From positions 57,269 to 121,268 of the forward strand of contig CAVTCF010000006.1 in NCBI GenBank assembly GCA_963733265.1: a stretch of DNA of 64,000 nt, read 5' to 3'. Each line of letters begins with the position of its first letter. Within the stretch, counting starts at the first letter, position 1. The notes under the pieces are model-generated. The model searched no databases, was not told the origin of the DNA, and saw only the letters and a program-made list of their open reading frames with translations. The translations under genes were made by a program, and so were the position numbers. This DNA comes from an uncultured beta proteobacterium. Its GTDB lineage: Bacteria; Pseudomonadota; Gammaproteobacteria; Burkholderiales; Gallionellaceae. Shown here piece by piece: positions 1-8,565 of this stretch.

Positions 1-100
1 AGCGGTCAATGGTGGCACGGGCTATTCCGGTTGCCCGGCACACGTCGGAAACTTTGAGACGCTTTGCGCCCAAGATAGTGGATAAGCGGCAGCTAATCAT
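1..100 (-). CDS. XRE/Cro-C1-like helix-turn-helix regulator, first 33 codons only (gene continues beyond the left edge)
   Basis: A reverse-strand ATG at 100 opens MISCRLSTILGAKRLKVSDVCRATGIARATIDR... with no stop before the window edge. KVSDVCRATGIARATI looks like an HTH. It is absent from the ORF track because it is edge-truncated. Confidence 0.45.
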   Translation of the reverse strand, partial: MISCRLSTILGAKRLKVSDVCRATGIARATIDR

Positions 101-185
101 AAAAAGCCTAGCAATAATTATTCGATGTCGAGTAATATATGCTAACAAATGAGTAATGTCGAGTATAAAAAAATAGGAGGGCAAT

Positions 186-752
186 TTGTTAAACAACGTG
201 CTGCAAGTCTCACTCAAGGAATTCAAACGTGGCACCAAGGTCTTTCAAAGGAAGCGGTTGAAGTTTGGCCCAGTGCTGCTCGCCTATGAAAATGGCTTCC
301 TCTCGATTGAATCAGGCGAAGTGACTAGCGTCATGAATGCCATTGGCGAATGGCATGGCCGGGCGGTATTTTCCCCTAATATTTTGCAAGCGCTTGCGAT
401 GTTTCCCCCACTGCAAGACCCCGTTCAAATTTCATACGACGGCGAACATTTGTTTGTAGGCAGCATGAAAATCATTTGCCAGTGGAATACTGTCAGCCAA
501 GCATTCATTGAAGACTTGGAAAATCCGAGCTTGATAGACTTGCTGGCACTTAAAGAAACCGTCTCCCGGTCTGAGATTGGCGGATCAAGCTTGGGTAGGC
601 AAATCCGCAGCGCGCACGAAAAGGCCGAACGCCGCATCATGAATGCAGCCAAGCAATTGCAGGACTTGGAAATCACTGAGGCGGAAATTCGAGCGCTCGT
701 TGATATACGGATTGTGACTAGGCTTCAAGCGGGCAAGCAGCCTGCGGCGTGA
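186..752 (+). CDS. hypothetical protein (188 aa)
   Basis: Clean long ORF with a TTG start 6 nt after AGGAGG (174-179), divergent from the HTH gene. I recognise no motif in it. Confidence 0.6.
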   Translation: MLNNVLQVSLKEFKRGTKVFQRKRLKFGPVLLAYENGFLSIESGEVTSVMNAIGEWHGRAVFSPNILQALAMFPPLQDPVQISYDGEHLFVGSMKIICQWNTVSQAFIEDLENPSLIDLLALKETVSRSEIGGSSLGRQIRSAHEKAERRIMNAAKQLQDLEITEAEIRALVDIRIVTRLQAGKQPAA

Positions 753-774
753 GGGTAATCATTCATTGGGGAGC

Positions 775-2035
775 CACTTGGGGCGGATGGGAGGCGTGGC
801 CGGTGAGCGGGAAAGGAGCAGCGCAGCGCGACCCCGCGCAGCCTGACAGGCTGGGTGGGCGGGGGCAATAAACAGAACGCGCAGCGGCCAAGCCTGAATC
901 TCAGGGTGGTGTGTGGCAATGAAAAAGCCGGTGCCGGGGTTTTGTCCGGCATGGTTTTTTTGTTGACGCGCACGACCCGCACACGACAGCGGTGGCGTGA
1001 CGGTGAAGGCGCACTTGGTTCATGCCTGCACCGTGACGTTGCCGCGATAAACAAAATGCACTTCCGCTGTGAACGATACCGCGCAGCGACCACGCCTCAC
1101 AAAAACAAACCAAACCGGCGTAGCCGACCGAATAAGCATTGCCTCGCCTTGCCCGTCTCTGCGCGAACCAGCGGGCGATGCAGGGCGCAAGCCAGTGGAC
1201 GGTGCGCGGGGATGCAGGTTTACCCAAGGCAAGGGGTGGCAGTGCGGACGGGTGCGGCCATGCCTTTGCTTCACTTGGCCGCTGGGGGAGGGGGGGCGTT
1301 AGCGGGAAAGCGCCCCCCACATAAGCCGCGAAGCGACCACAACAAGACAAGACATAGACCGGCACGACCATGCAGCAAAAAGCGAAGGGGCGGCGCAACA
1401 CCAGCCCCGTTTTGCTGCCCCTCACCGCAGGTGATGGAATTTGACTTTGACTTGTGTGGCGATATTTACCCGAAGGGCGCAAGACATAAAGGCCTCTTAT
1501 GCGAACCCGAAGGGCGGGAGTTTTCCGGCGCTTGCGCTTTGCATAAGACGCCTTTATGTTAAACACCGCCACACACATAACCGGCGCAGCCGACAACGCC
1601 TTGCCAGAACGTCGAGAGGGGCGCGGCACGTTCAGGCTACCACTGCACCAGCAGCCTGCGAACGGCGAGCGCTTGATGGCGTAGCGGACTTTGGCGAAGC
1701 CATGAAGTGCGACGGCGTGAAGCGGCTGCGGCAACGGAGGGAAACCAGAGTGTAACAGCGCGCAAGCCGATGGCGGCTTTATGCCTTCGGCGCTCTCTCC
1801 GACTACTCATGCACTAGCCGACAGCGAACCGCAAGCCCTTGGCGAGGTACTTTTCGCGAAGGGCGCAGTGGTGAGGTGACGGCGGTAACGGAGCGGACAC
1901 ACTGGGCTACGGAGCTAAAGCAGAGGGCAGGATCATCGCCTTCTGCGCTCTGTCCGATACCACTGCGATAGCGAAGGCGCGGGGCTTGCGCTTTATCTTG
2001 CAAGCGCCGTGACTGAGCGGTCAACGGAAGAGCTT
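775..2035. other. G+C-rich, ORF-poor, hairpin-dense block (apparently non-coding: structured RNA or relic of high-GC mobile DNA)
   Basis: The only ORFs overlap each other on both strands and are Arg/Pro/Ala/Cys-rich junk. Hand counts on single 60-nt lines give about 70% G+C at 1261-1320 and 55% at 1081-1140, against about 37% at 3601-3660. Perfect stems: GGGGGGCG/CGCCCCCC (1291-1298/1311-1318), and an 18-bp stem with one mismatch (1484-1502/1541-1559). ACCCGAAGGGCG occurs twice (1468-1479, 1505-1516). Diverged ~155-nt repeat units start at 1782 and 1937. Confidence 0.5.
922..961 (+). terminator. Rho-independent-type hairpin flanked by A5 and T7 tracts (could work in both directions)
   Basis: aaaaaGCCGGTGCCGGggttttgtCCGGCATGGttttttt. 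The TGCCGG/CCGGCA core stem has extra GC pairs and is followed by a T-run at 955-961. Confidence 0.45.
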
Positions 2036-2118
2036 GAGAGACTGCGACTGCGGGAATTGCTGAAGCCGGTTCAATCGCCTAGCAAATTTCTGGTTTACCC
2101 ATGGGTTTACCCATGAAG

Positions 2119-2162
2119 CGTAAAAAGAAAAATGGCTTGCCGGGATTAACCTGCAAGCCATT
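2119..2162 (-). terminator. terminator immediately downstream of the tRNA 3' fragment
   Basis: Perfect 10-bp stem AATGGCTTGC/GCAAGCCATT (2131-2140/2153-2162) with a 12-nt loop. On the minus strand it is followed by TTTTCTTTTTAC. Confidence 0.6.
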
Positions 2163-2169
2163 GATTTAT

Positions 2170-2214
2170 TGGTGCGCCCGAAGAGATTCGAACTCCTGAC
2201 CCCTTGGTTCGTAG
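2170..2214 (-). tRNA. 3' fragment (anticodon loop to CCA, 45 nt) of tRNA-Arg(ACG); not an intact gene, att-type remnant
   Basis: The reverse complement reads CTACGAA-CCAAG-GGGTC-AGGAG-TTCGAAT-CTCTT-CGGGCGC-A-CCA. That is an anticodon loop with ACG, the 3' anticodon stem, the variable loop, a T arm with a TTCGAAT loop, the 3' acceptor strand, the discriminator and CCA. The upstream sequence (..AACTCGCC) cannot pair with CCAAG or with CGGGCGC, so the D arm and 5' half are missing. Confidence 0.7.
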
Positions 2215-2349
2215 GGCGAGTTTCTGTTTTTAGGGCTTTATTAATCAACCGCTTACGATGCCCGCAACATCGAAAACTAGCCTCAAATAGCGCTGAATAG
2301 CGCCATTAGTGCCCTGTCACGTGACAAATCGGTGACAGTAGATTTTAGC

Positions 2350-2559
2350 TTAGGCCGCGATTGCATCTGGAAAATGATGCAATACCATTAATGCATTTTC
2401 AGACACCGCACACATGGCGTAAGGTATTCCATTCAGATCGGCAAACTCAACCTCCACTACATCTGGGGCAAGATTTTCCACCACGGTTCCAACTTGACCA
2501 CGGCGAAGATGTTTTTCAGGTATATCACTCGTAAGTGCAACAACTTCTAATGTTTTCAT
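2350..2559 (-). CDS. DUF4926-like small protein (69 aa from the internal ATG)
   Basis: MKTLEVVALTSDIPEKHLRRGQVGTVVE...EVEFADLNG matches my memory of the DUF4926 pattern. GAGG lies 7 nt upstream of the ATG at 2559. The ORF-track start at 2583 is less likely. Confidence 0.6.
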   Translation of the reverse strand: MKTLEVVALTSDIPEKHLRRGQVGTVVENLAPDVVEVEFADLNGIPYAMCAVSENALMVLHHFPDAIAA

Positions 2560-2790
2560 TCGGTACCTCGCAATACGTAGCAACTAACTAATCGAGGAAC
2601 ATCCTCGCCTGTTTTGATTATCCAAGCAGTCCGAAGCAAAGCTTCGCGACTCCCCCATTTTAAGACTAAATCAAATGTTTAGCGGCAACCATATTTATCA
2701 GAGCCGGTATCTTTGTACCATATGGTAACCAAGATTTCTCTCTGACCGCTGGTAAAGCAAAAACTGCTTTTAATGCGCAATAATGCTTTT
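2556..2790 (-). pseudogene. frameshifted remnant of a DUF6883-like partner gene
   Basis: One reverse-strand frame gives ..GSREALLRTAWIIKTGEDVPRLVSCYVLRGTE*, whose stop overlaps the DUF4926 ATG (ATGA). A different frame further upstream (..LPYGTKIPALINMVAAKHLI*) would have to be joined to it. The C-terminal W-i-i-k-t...PRL-v-s-x-Y pattern resembles DUF6883. Confidence 0.3.
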
Positions 2791-2835
2791 TGTTTCACTG
2801 CGTAGGCAATTTCAAAACTATTGGGTGCTTAATGA

Positions 2836-3588
2836 TCACCAATGCAACGGTTTCCTTGCTGCCTTCTTTTTGGTTGGCACAACATCTGGCAAAAGTGATT
2901 TAGAAAGCTCATCATCAAGAATGTAGTGACGTGTCCAATTTGCCAACTTCTCCAATTCAGTATTGCCGCGCCTGTGGCGATTACTATTCGGTTCATGTAA
3001 TGGTGCAACGATCCCGACGCTACATTCAGAAAAGTCTGCTTGAATGGCTTTGACTGCAGGCACTAAATCAGAATCGTTGGAGCAAATAATTACTGTATTA
3101 GCTTTGCCTTGTGCAACGTCACGATAAATAGAAAGCGCAATATTGACGTCGGTTTGCTTTTCCTCAATACGCCAAACTGAAAGTCGGTCTTTCTTGTCAG
3201 GCGGATCACGGAAGGTCATTAAACGAGCTTCCTCTGCAGTATGGTATCCAAAAATGATTTCGATCTCACCGGGATACTTTGCATTAAGTGCTCGGTGATA
3301 TTCATTTTGCGCAGTAACTGAGTTCACACCATGCGAAGCAAACTTGCCCATGGCTGGCGCGGTAAAGTATTTCACTACTTCAACAGTAGTATTCGGCAAT
3401 TGCGGTTTTAATATCTGATCGCGAAAAAGGGCAACTAAGTCCAGCCACTTGTAAGTGGTGCCTCGGAGTCTACTGTAGTAAAGGTTGTATCCGTCAATAT
3501 AGACGATTGCACGTTGCTGTTTCATAAATTCCGATAGGTATAAATGACAAAGCCACCTTTCGGCGGCCTTGTCGCCCCAGTTGGTCAT
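2836..3588 (-). CDS. NYN (PIN-like/LabA-like) domain protein
   Basis: AIVYIDGYNLYYS... near the N-terminus and ..VIICSNDSDLVPAV.. are typical of the NYN fold. An alternative start is the ATG at 3525 (MKQQRAIVYIDG). Confidence 0.7.
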   Translation of the reverse strand: MTNWGDKAAERWLCHLYLSEFMKQQRAIVYIDGYNLYYSRLRGTTYKWLDLVALFRDQILKPQLPNTTVEVVKYFTAPAMGKFASHGVNSVTAQNEYHRALNAKYPGEIEIIFGYHTAEEARLMTFRDPPDKKDRLSVWRIEEKQTDVNIALSIYRDVAQGKANTVIICSNDSDLVPAVKAIQADFSECSVGIVAPLHEPNSNRHRRGNTELEKLANWTRHYILDDELSKSLLPDVVPTKKKAARKPLHW

Positions 3589-3919
3589 CGGAAACCCGAC
3601 TCCAATAGGGGAGAGTTGTTTGATTATGATATGGCGACATAGATACCTCTGTCAAATTTTTTCATCAGTGGCTGCAACGCAAGCTAAAAATCAGCTAATT
3701 TATTTTCAACCATTTGGAAAGCGTCTCATACCGAAGCACAATCAATACCCGCAGTACTATTTAAATTGCAACTTTTCTGCATTGCAGGGTGCAAACCAAG
3801 TTTAAAATCCCAATATTCTGGCTATACATTCCCAATCAGACGAGACAATCTGGCTCTTGTAAATCGAATCATCCAATCGGGTCGATAACAATTCGAGGAT
3901 GGCTTGAAAGAAACTAAAG

Positions 3920-4276
3920 TTAGTCCTTGTAGTCCTTGGACAATAAGATATATTCCTTTTGGTATTTATCAAACAGAGTTTGTAAGTCAGCTTCTTCAAG
4001 AGTTTTGGGGTAAGGGGGAGTTCCCTTGCGTTTCAGAAACTTCCACAATAATTTTATTGCGTAGTAATGATCAGTAAGAGTTCGAATTGCCAATTGCTCC
4101 GAGTTATACCATTCGTGAGCATGTTGCTTGCCAATTTGATCTGGCCCCTTAACTCCCTTCGAATTCTTGCAAAATTCAAAAAATAGTCTAATACGGCGGA
4201 TGTATTTACGGCGACTGATTTTGCCACCCTTCTTACAATATTCATTTAATCTGAATTCCAATTCATACCACAACAT
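3920..4276 (-). CDS. phage-integrase N-terminal SAM-like domain protein (probably the surviving 5' part of a second, truncated tyrosine recombinase)
   Basis: 118 aa covering only the core-binding-type N-domain. The start overlaps the stop of the upstream integrase. The downstream out-of-frame ORF 3802..3999 contains ..QAILELLSTRLDDS.., vaguely like the box I region (..IVSLCRELGLRSKEA..) of the neighbour, which suggests frameshift plus truncation. Confidence 0.5.
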   Translation of the reverse strand: MLWYELEFRLNEYCKKGGKISRRKYIRRIRLFFEFCKNSKGVKGPDQIGKQHAHEWYNSEQLAIRTLTDHYYAIKLLWKFLKRKGTPPYPKTLEEADLQTLFDKYQKEYILLSKDYKD

Positions 4277-5222
4277 ATTTACGTCCTCCTATGTAAGAGT
4301 TCATAATTTGAGTCCTAGAGTGCCCGAGCTCCTCAGCAATTATTTTTCTCGCATTGAGATCCGTCTTCTTGTCTGCATGAGGCCCCGGAAGGAGAGGTGA
4401 ATTGAAACCAGTCAATTCTGTATATCTCTGGCACGCGTACCCGGCTCTGAGGTCATGCAGGCCGGTCGCACCGAGAAATTTCTGTACTGCTTCGCGAATT
4501 TTTCTAAGACCGCCTTCTCTCCACGACCGCCAACTCTGATCAGATGGAATCATTGATTTGTCTTTACCTTGAACAGTTGCGGCCAATTTTAGAGCTTCAA
4601 TTTGCTCAGTCGAAGTGATTGGAATCGTGCGTTTACGGCCTCCCTTTGTCCCGCCAATAACCGTAATTTCATTTTTTGACAGAGCCTCAGACAAAAGTTT
4701 TCTCGCGTTAGCAAGACTCGCCTCTTTTGATCTCAACCCGAGTTCGCGGCACAAAGAAACGATGGCAGCGGCACGTTCACCGAAGTAAACAGATATTGAG
4801 TTTAGGCAACTCGTATAGTTAACACGATCCAAGCTCGCGGGAATGGTGATCCTCACCTGAGATTTCTTCGGGATGCCGCAGTCCTTTGTCGGGGAAATCG
4901 ATCCCCAACGACCATGGGTGGCTAGGTTCATAACGCTATTGATTGCAGAAATATAGTTTTGCGCCGTGCTGGCCGCCAGTTCTCCTTCTGCGACCCGATG
5001 CGCCAACTCCTGTCCATAGTCGATAATTACCGCGACGCTAATATCTTCTAATTTCTTAATGTCCGGGTTGTATTCTTTTAACTCCTTAACAAATTTATTA
5101 AAGCGGGCTGTTTGGGTGCCGGCAGTGGAATGACTTTTAAATCCAAGTTCCACCGAATCTTTTAATGCAAACCCCACCGACTTTTTCATGTCACGCGAAC
5201 CTGATCTAAAATTTTTTGCCAT
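4263..5222 (-). CDS. tyrosine-type site-specific recombinase/integrase
   Basis: Catalytic signature in order: ELGLRSKEA (Arg), GGTKGGRKR (Lys), HDLRAGYA (His-x-x-Arg), LGHSRTQIMNSYIGG (His..Tyr). The likely start MAKNFRSG follows GGAG; the ORF-track start at 5288 is upstream of that. Confidence 0.75.
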   Translation of the reverse strand: MAKNFRSGSRDMKKSVGFALKDSVELGFKSHSTAGTQTARFNKFVKELKEYNPDIKKLEDISVAVIIDYGQELAHRVAEGELAASTAQNYISAINSVMNLATHGRWGSISPTKDCGIPKKSQVRITIPASLDRVNYTSCLNSISVYFGERAAAIVSLCRELGLRSKEASLANARKLLSEALSKNEITVIGGTKGGRKRTIPITSTEQIEALKLAATVQGKDKSMIPSDQSWRSWREGGLRKIREAVQKFLGATGLHDLRAGYACQRYTELTGFNSPLLPGPHADKKTDLNARKIIAEELGHSRTQIMNSYIGGRKYVVV

Positions 5223-6402
5223 TTCAATCTCCAATCTCAAATATCCAAAGTAATAAATAAATAACAATAAAAGCGATAAAAACTGCAAGAAGACAGAGGG
5301 GAGGGGCTAGATTTGGCACCCGCCAAGTCCCCCTCTGTCAAAAAACAAACTTCATTTGCGCCCCAGTGGCGGGTGGTAAGTGTTACGCAGCGATTGCAGC
5401 TCGCGCAGGCGTCCACAAACAAGTTCGTTTTCCGGTTTTTATGGGCTGCCGGACAGCTGTGGTTTAGTTGGAGTATTTCTGCGCAGAAATGAAAATAAAG
5501 GAGGCTTGAGATTGGGAAATCGCGCAACTCTAATATAAAGAGATGTGCTCCGCATTCGTCGCGTGATCGCGTCTTCCGGGTTTCCAGGCCCAGACCTTTT
5601 TTCATTTTGCGAGTGCAGCATGAATCCATAAATAACTTCTGGAATTTGCTGCGGTATGATTAGAAAATATTCGTTTGAGAACATTTTCGTCCGTGTCCAT
5701 ATTTAAAGAAACTCAATAGGGGAGCGGGGTTTTACTGGTCGGCCAAAGGCCGTCTCTGTGTAAATGTCGAATTTAGGAAAACAATAACGACAGATGTTTT
5801 GAAGACATGGAAAACCACTTGTTGCTGGTGGTGGGCCATGAATTGAGGTTTATCCCAACTTGGTTTTGTGAAGTGGCTCATTTTATTGAGTCGGTTTGAA
5901 ATGTCGCTGCGTGCGACGCCGATTCTCAGCTGCGCTGAAGAAACCTTTGACTGTCAGAAGAACTCAGTCGCGAATGCGTTCGGAAGTCGGAATACATTCG
6001 CTACGAAGTTCGTTATAACAGACGGATCTAGTTTGGGAGTGAGACAGGCGCCTTTCGGCTGGTTTGAATTGCTGCGCTATCTTTAACGCCGTCAGCATGT
6101 GGCGAGTCAGAATCATAATGCCAGTTTTGCGATTTGTCACTCGCTTTTTACAACAATATGACCAAATTGGCTATGGTATAGCCTAATTGAAGCTGATGAG
6201 CAGCAATCCGCGTGCTTATTATTCCATCAGAGCGACCAGCGTAGCTCATTCGATATGAAAAACAAATAAAAAAAGAACGATCGTTCTGATGTGCCCATGA
6301 CATTTCAACTATATGATGTAAAAAGTAAAAAAAGATATTGTTTGATTAAGCAATAAATAGTAAGCTTAAAGTGACAAATTAGACAAAAAGTGATTTGCTT
6401 AA

Positions 6403-7851
6403 ATGAACAGATCTTTGGAAATACCAGTTCAAGAAGTACAGCGTCGCATGAATACTGATAATCCCTGGTGGATTGCAGGGCAGGGGATTGAGTCAGAAAG
6501 AGCTAACTGGCCACGACGCGCTTACTTCCCTTTTTTCTACGAATTGGTGAGTGAAACATCGGTACGCCGAGCAGTTGTATTGATCGGTCCGCGCCGAGTA
6601 GGTAAAACCGTCATGTTAACGCACGTCATCCAAGCGATACTGGACGAAGGTAAAGCAGGAACGACGTTATTATTCCTGTCATTGGATACGCCGATATATT
6701 CTGGGCGCTCACTTGAAAGTTTGGTGCGTCTATTTATTGACCTACACCGCCATCCGGCAGATCGACAACTTTGGATACTCTTCGATGAAATTCAGTATCT
6801 TAAAGATTGGGAAGTGCATCTTAAGTCACTGGTGGATTCCTTCCCTCATATTCGGTTCATCGCTAGTGGTTCCGCAGCAGCCACCCTGCAAATGAAAAGC
6901 CGCGAGTCCGGTGCCGGGCGATTCACCGACTTTATCCTTCCACCCCTGACGTTTGCCGAATACCTCTCTTTTATAGGTCGTGAAAAGGCGCTGATCATAG
7001 AGCAGGGGATAGATGCTGAAAACAATGCAGTTTATCTTGCGACCAATATTGACGCGCTGAATGAAGAGTTCATCAATTACCTGAACTACGGCGGTTTTCC
7101 GGAAGCAGTGATGAATGCGGCAGTACGAAGCAATTCAGCACGGTACTTATGGCATGACATTATAGATAAGGTCTTGCTCAAGGATTTGCCCAGCCTGTTT
7201 GGAATTAGCGATACCCAAGAGCTCAATCGCTTTTTTAATGTGCTCGCCTTTAATACTGGCGATGAGTTGAGTCTAGAGTCCCTGCACCAACATGCTGGCA
7301 TGAGTAAACAGCGTATTACGGATTATCTGGAATATCTCGAAGCAGCCTTCCTGATTCAGCGCGTACAGCGGGTAGATGACAATGCCCTTCGCATGAAACG
7401 GGCACGTACCTTCAAGGTATATCTGACCAACCCCTCGATTCGAGCTGCTTTGTTCGGGTTCGTCAGTGCAGAAGATGACGCAATGGGACGACTGGCCGAA
7501 ACGGCGGTTTGGAGTCAATGGATGCACAGTGCCCATCTATCCACGTCACTGCACTATGCTCGCTGGAAATCTGGAAGGCTGGATTTGGAGGTAGATATTG
7601 TTTCCGTGAATCAGCGAACGCAGAAACCCGACTTTGCCGTGGAAGTGAAATGGTCAGATCGAATTGTGGATACACCAAGCGATTTGCGTGGGTTACGTGA
7701 ATTTGCAGCAAAACACCCATTGATTCGTAAGCCGTTACTAGTAACTACTCGAACTCTGACGGAGCAAGGTTCGCCTGATATTCAATTTCTTCCCACCAGT
7801 TTGTATTGCTACTCTATTACTCGTAATTTGATGAGACATAATACTTATTGA
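6403..7851 (+). CDS. AAA+ ATPase with C-terminal DUF4143-type domain
   Basis: Walker A VLIGPRRVGKT and Walker B ILFDEIQYLKDWE. The length and C-terminal region fit the AAA_14/DUF4143 family. Confidence 0.75.
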   Translation: MNRSLEIPVQEVQRRMNTDNPWWIAGQGIESERANWPRRAYFPFFYELVSETSVRRAVVLIGPRRVGKTVMLTHVIQAILDEGKAGTTLLFLSLDTPIYSGRSLESLVRLFIDLHRHPADRQLWILFDEIQYLKDWEVHLKSLVDSFPHIRFIASGSAAATLQMKSRESGAGRFTDFILPPLTFAEYLSFIGREKALIIEQGIDAENNAVYLATNIDALNEEFINYLNYGGFPEAVMNAAVRSNSARYLWHDIIDKVLLKDLPSLFGISDTQELNRFFNVLAFNTGDELSLESLHQHAGMSKQRITDYLEYLEAAFLIQRVQRVDDNALRMKRARTFKVYLTNPSIRAALFGFVSAEDDAMGRLAETAVWSQWMHSAHLSTSLHYARWKSGRLDLEVDIVSVNQRTQKPDFAVEVKWSDRIVDTPSDLRGLREFAAKHPLIRKPLLVTTRTLTEQGSPDIQFLPTSLYCYSITRNLMRHNTY

Positions 7852-7902
7852 CAATCAAAAAGCGGATGCTAAAAAAATTGGTGCGGGTTTCTGGAAAGTG
7901 CC

Positions 7903-8036
7903 GTTACTTTCTACTACTAAGTAATGCCAATTAGTAACTAGCCAACATACGACTCGTTACTCAAAGGGACCGGTTAGTAATTCAGTGTTACTAATTATTA
8001 CTAAACCGGTCGTTATTACTATTTAGTATTTCAGTT
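7903..8036. repeat. iteron-like cluster of about 9 TTAGTAA/TTACTAA heptamers in both orientations
   Basis: gttactttc, actaagtaat, ttagtaac, cgttactc, GGTTAGTAAttcagtgTTACTAAtt (inverted pair), ttattactaa, cgttattact and atttagtatt are packed into ~130 nt of intergenic DNA upstream of the HU gene. Confidence 0.5.
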
Positions 8037-8272
8037 AGCACAAGCAGCACAACTTGGAGCGATGCTACGACGCTTGCCGTAATGACTAATGCAAGGCATG
8101 AACGCGTTGGGATGGCGTCAAATGCTACTAAAATTACGTACTTTAGCAAATTTATCTTCGCTATCAATTCAATCGAGGTGCTACATTCCTATTGCAACTA
8201 GTCCCAATATACTTAACAATCATGAACGGAATCATTTCCAAAATAAATTTTCAAGCAAGGGAGCCGTACAAA

Positions 8273-8557
8273 ATGAATCGTCAAGAACTCATAGAAACAC
8301 TCGCATCAAAAACAGATAACACCAAAGCAGGGGCTGACCGCAACGTCGCCGCACTGATTGAAATCATCACTTCCACGTTGAAGAAGGGTGACAAACTTGC
8401 ACTGGTTGGCTTTGGAACATTTGAAGTCCGCAAACGTGCTGCACGTGTTGGTCGAAATCCGGCAACTGGCGCTGAGTTAAAAATCAAAGCATCCAAGGTT
8501 CCGGCATTTAAGGCTGGTGCATCGCTAAAGGCTGCAATAAACGGCGTCAAAAAGTAA
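8273..8557 (+). CDS. HU-family DNA-binding protein (94 aa)
   Basis: MNRQELIETLASK...LVGFGTFEVRKRAARVGRNPATGAELKIKASKVPAFKAGASLK is a classic HU/IHF fold sequence. AAGGGA lies upstream of the internal ATG at 8273; the ORF-track start at 8192 is unlikely. Confidence 0.85.
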   Translation: MNRQELIETLASKTDNTKAGADRNVAALIEIITSTLKKGDKLALVGFGTFEVRKRAARVGRNPATGAELKIKASKVPAFKAGASLKAAINGVKK

Positions 8558-8565
8558 ATAATGAC

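Noticed and set aside
855-1734. Long ORFs 855..1562 (+, 235 aa) and 901..1734 (-, 277 aa), plus several smaller ones inside the G+C-rich block.
   Set aside because: They overlap each other on opposite strands and are dominated by Arg, Pro, Ala, Cys and Gly. They have no start context and no recognisable motif. This is the typical appearance of random open frames in high-GC non-coding DNA.
2170-2250. Possible intact tRNA gene on the minus strand.
   Set aside because: Only the 3' 45 nt fold as tRNA. The sequence 5' of the anticodon loop cannot form the anticodon stem, the D arm or the acceptor stem, so it is a fragment and not a gene.
5868-6086. 72-aa ORF and other small ORFs in the 5.3-6.4 kb gap.
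   Set aside because: They have no RBS and no motif, and their composition is like that of the surrounding non-coding DNA. The region more likely holds promoters or decayed sequence.
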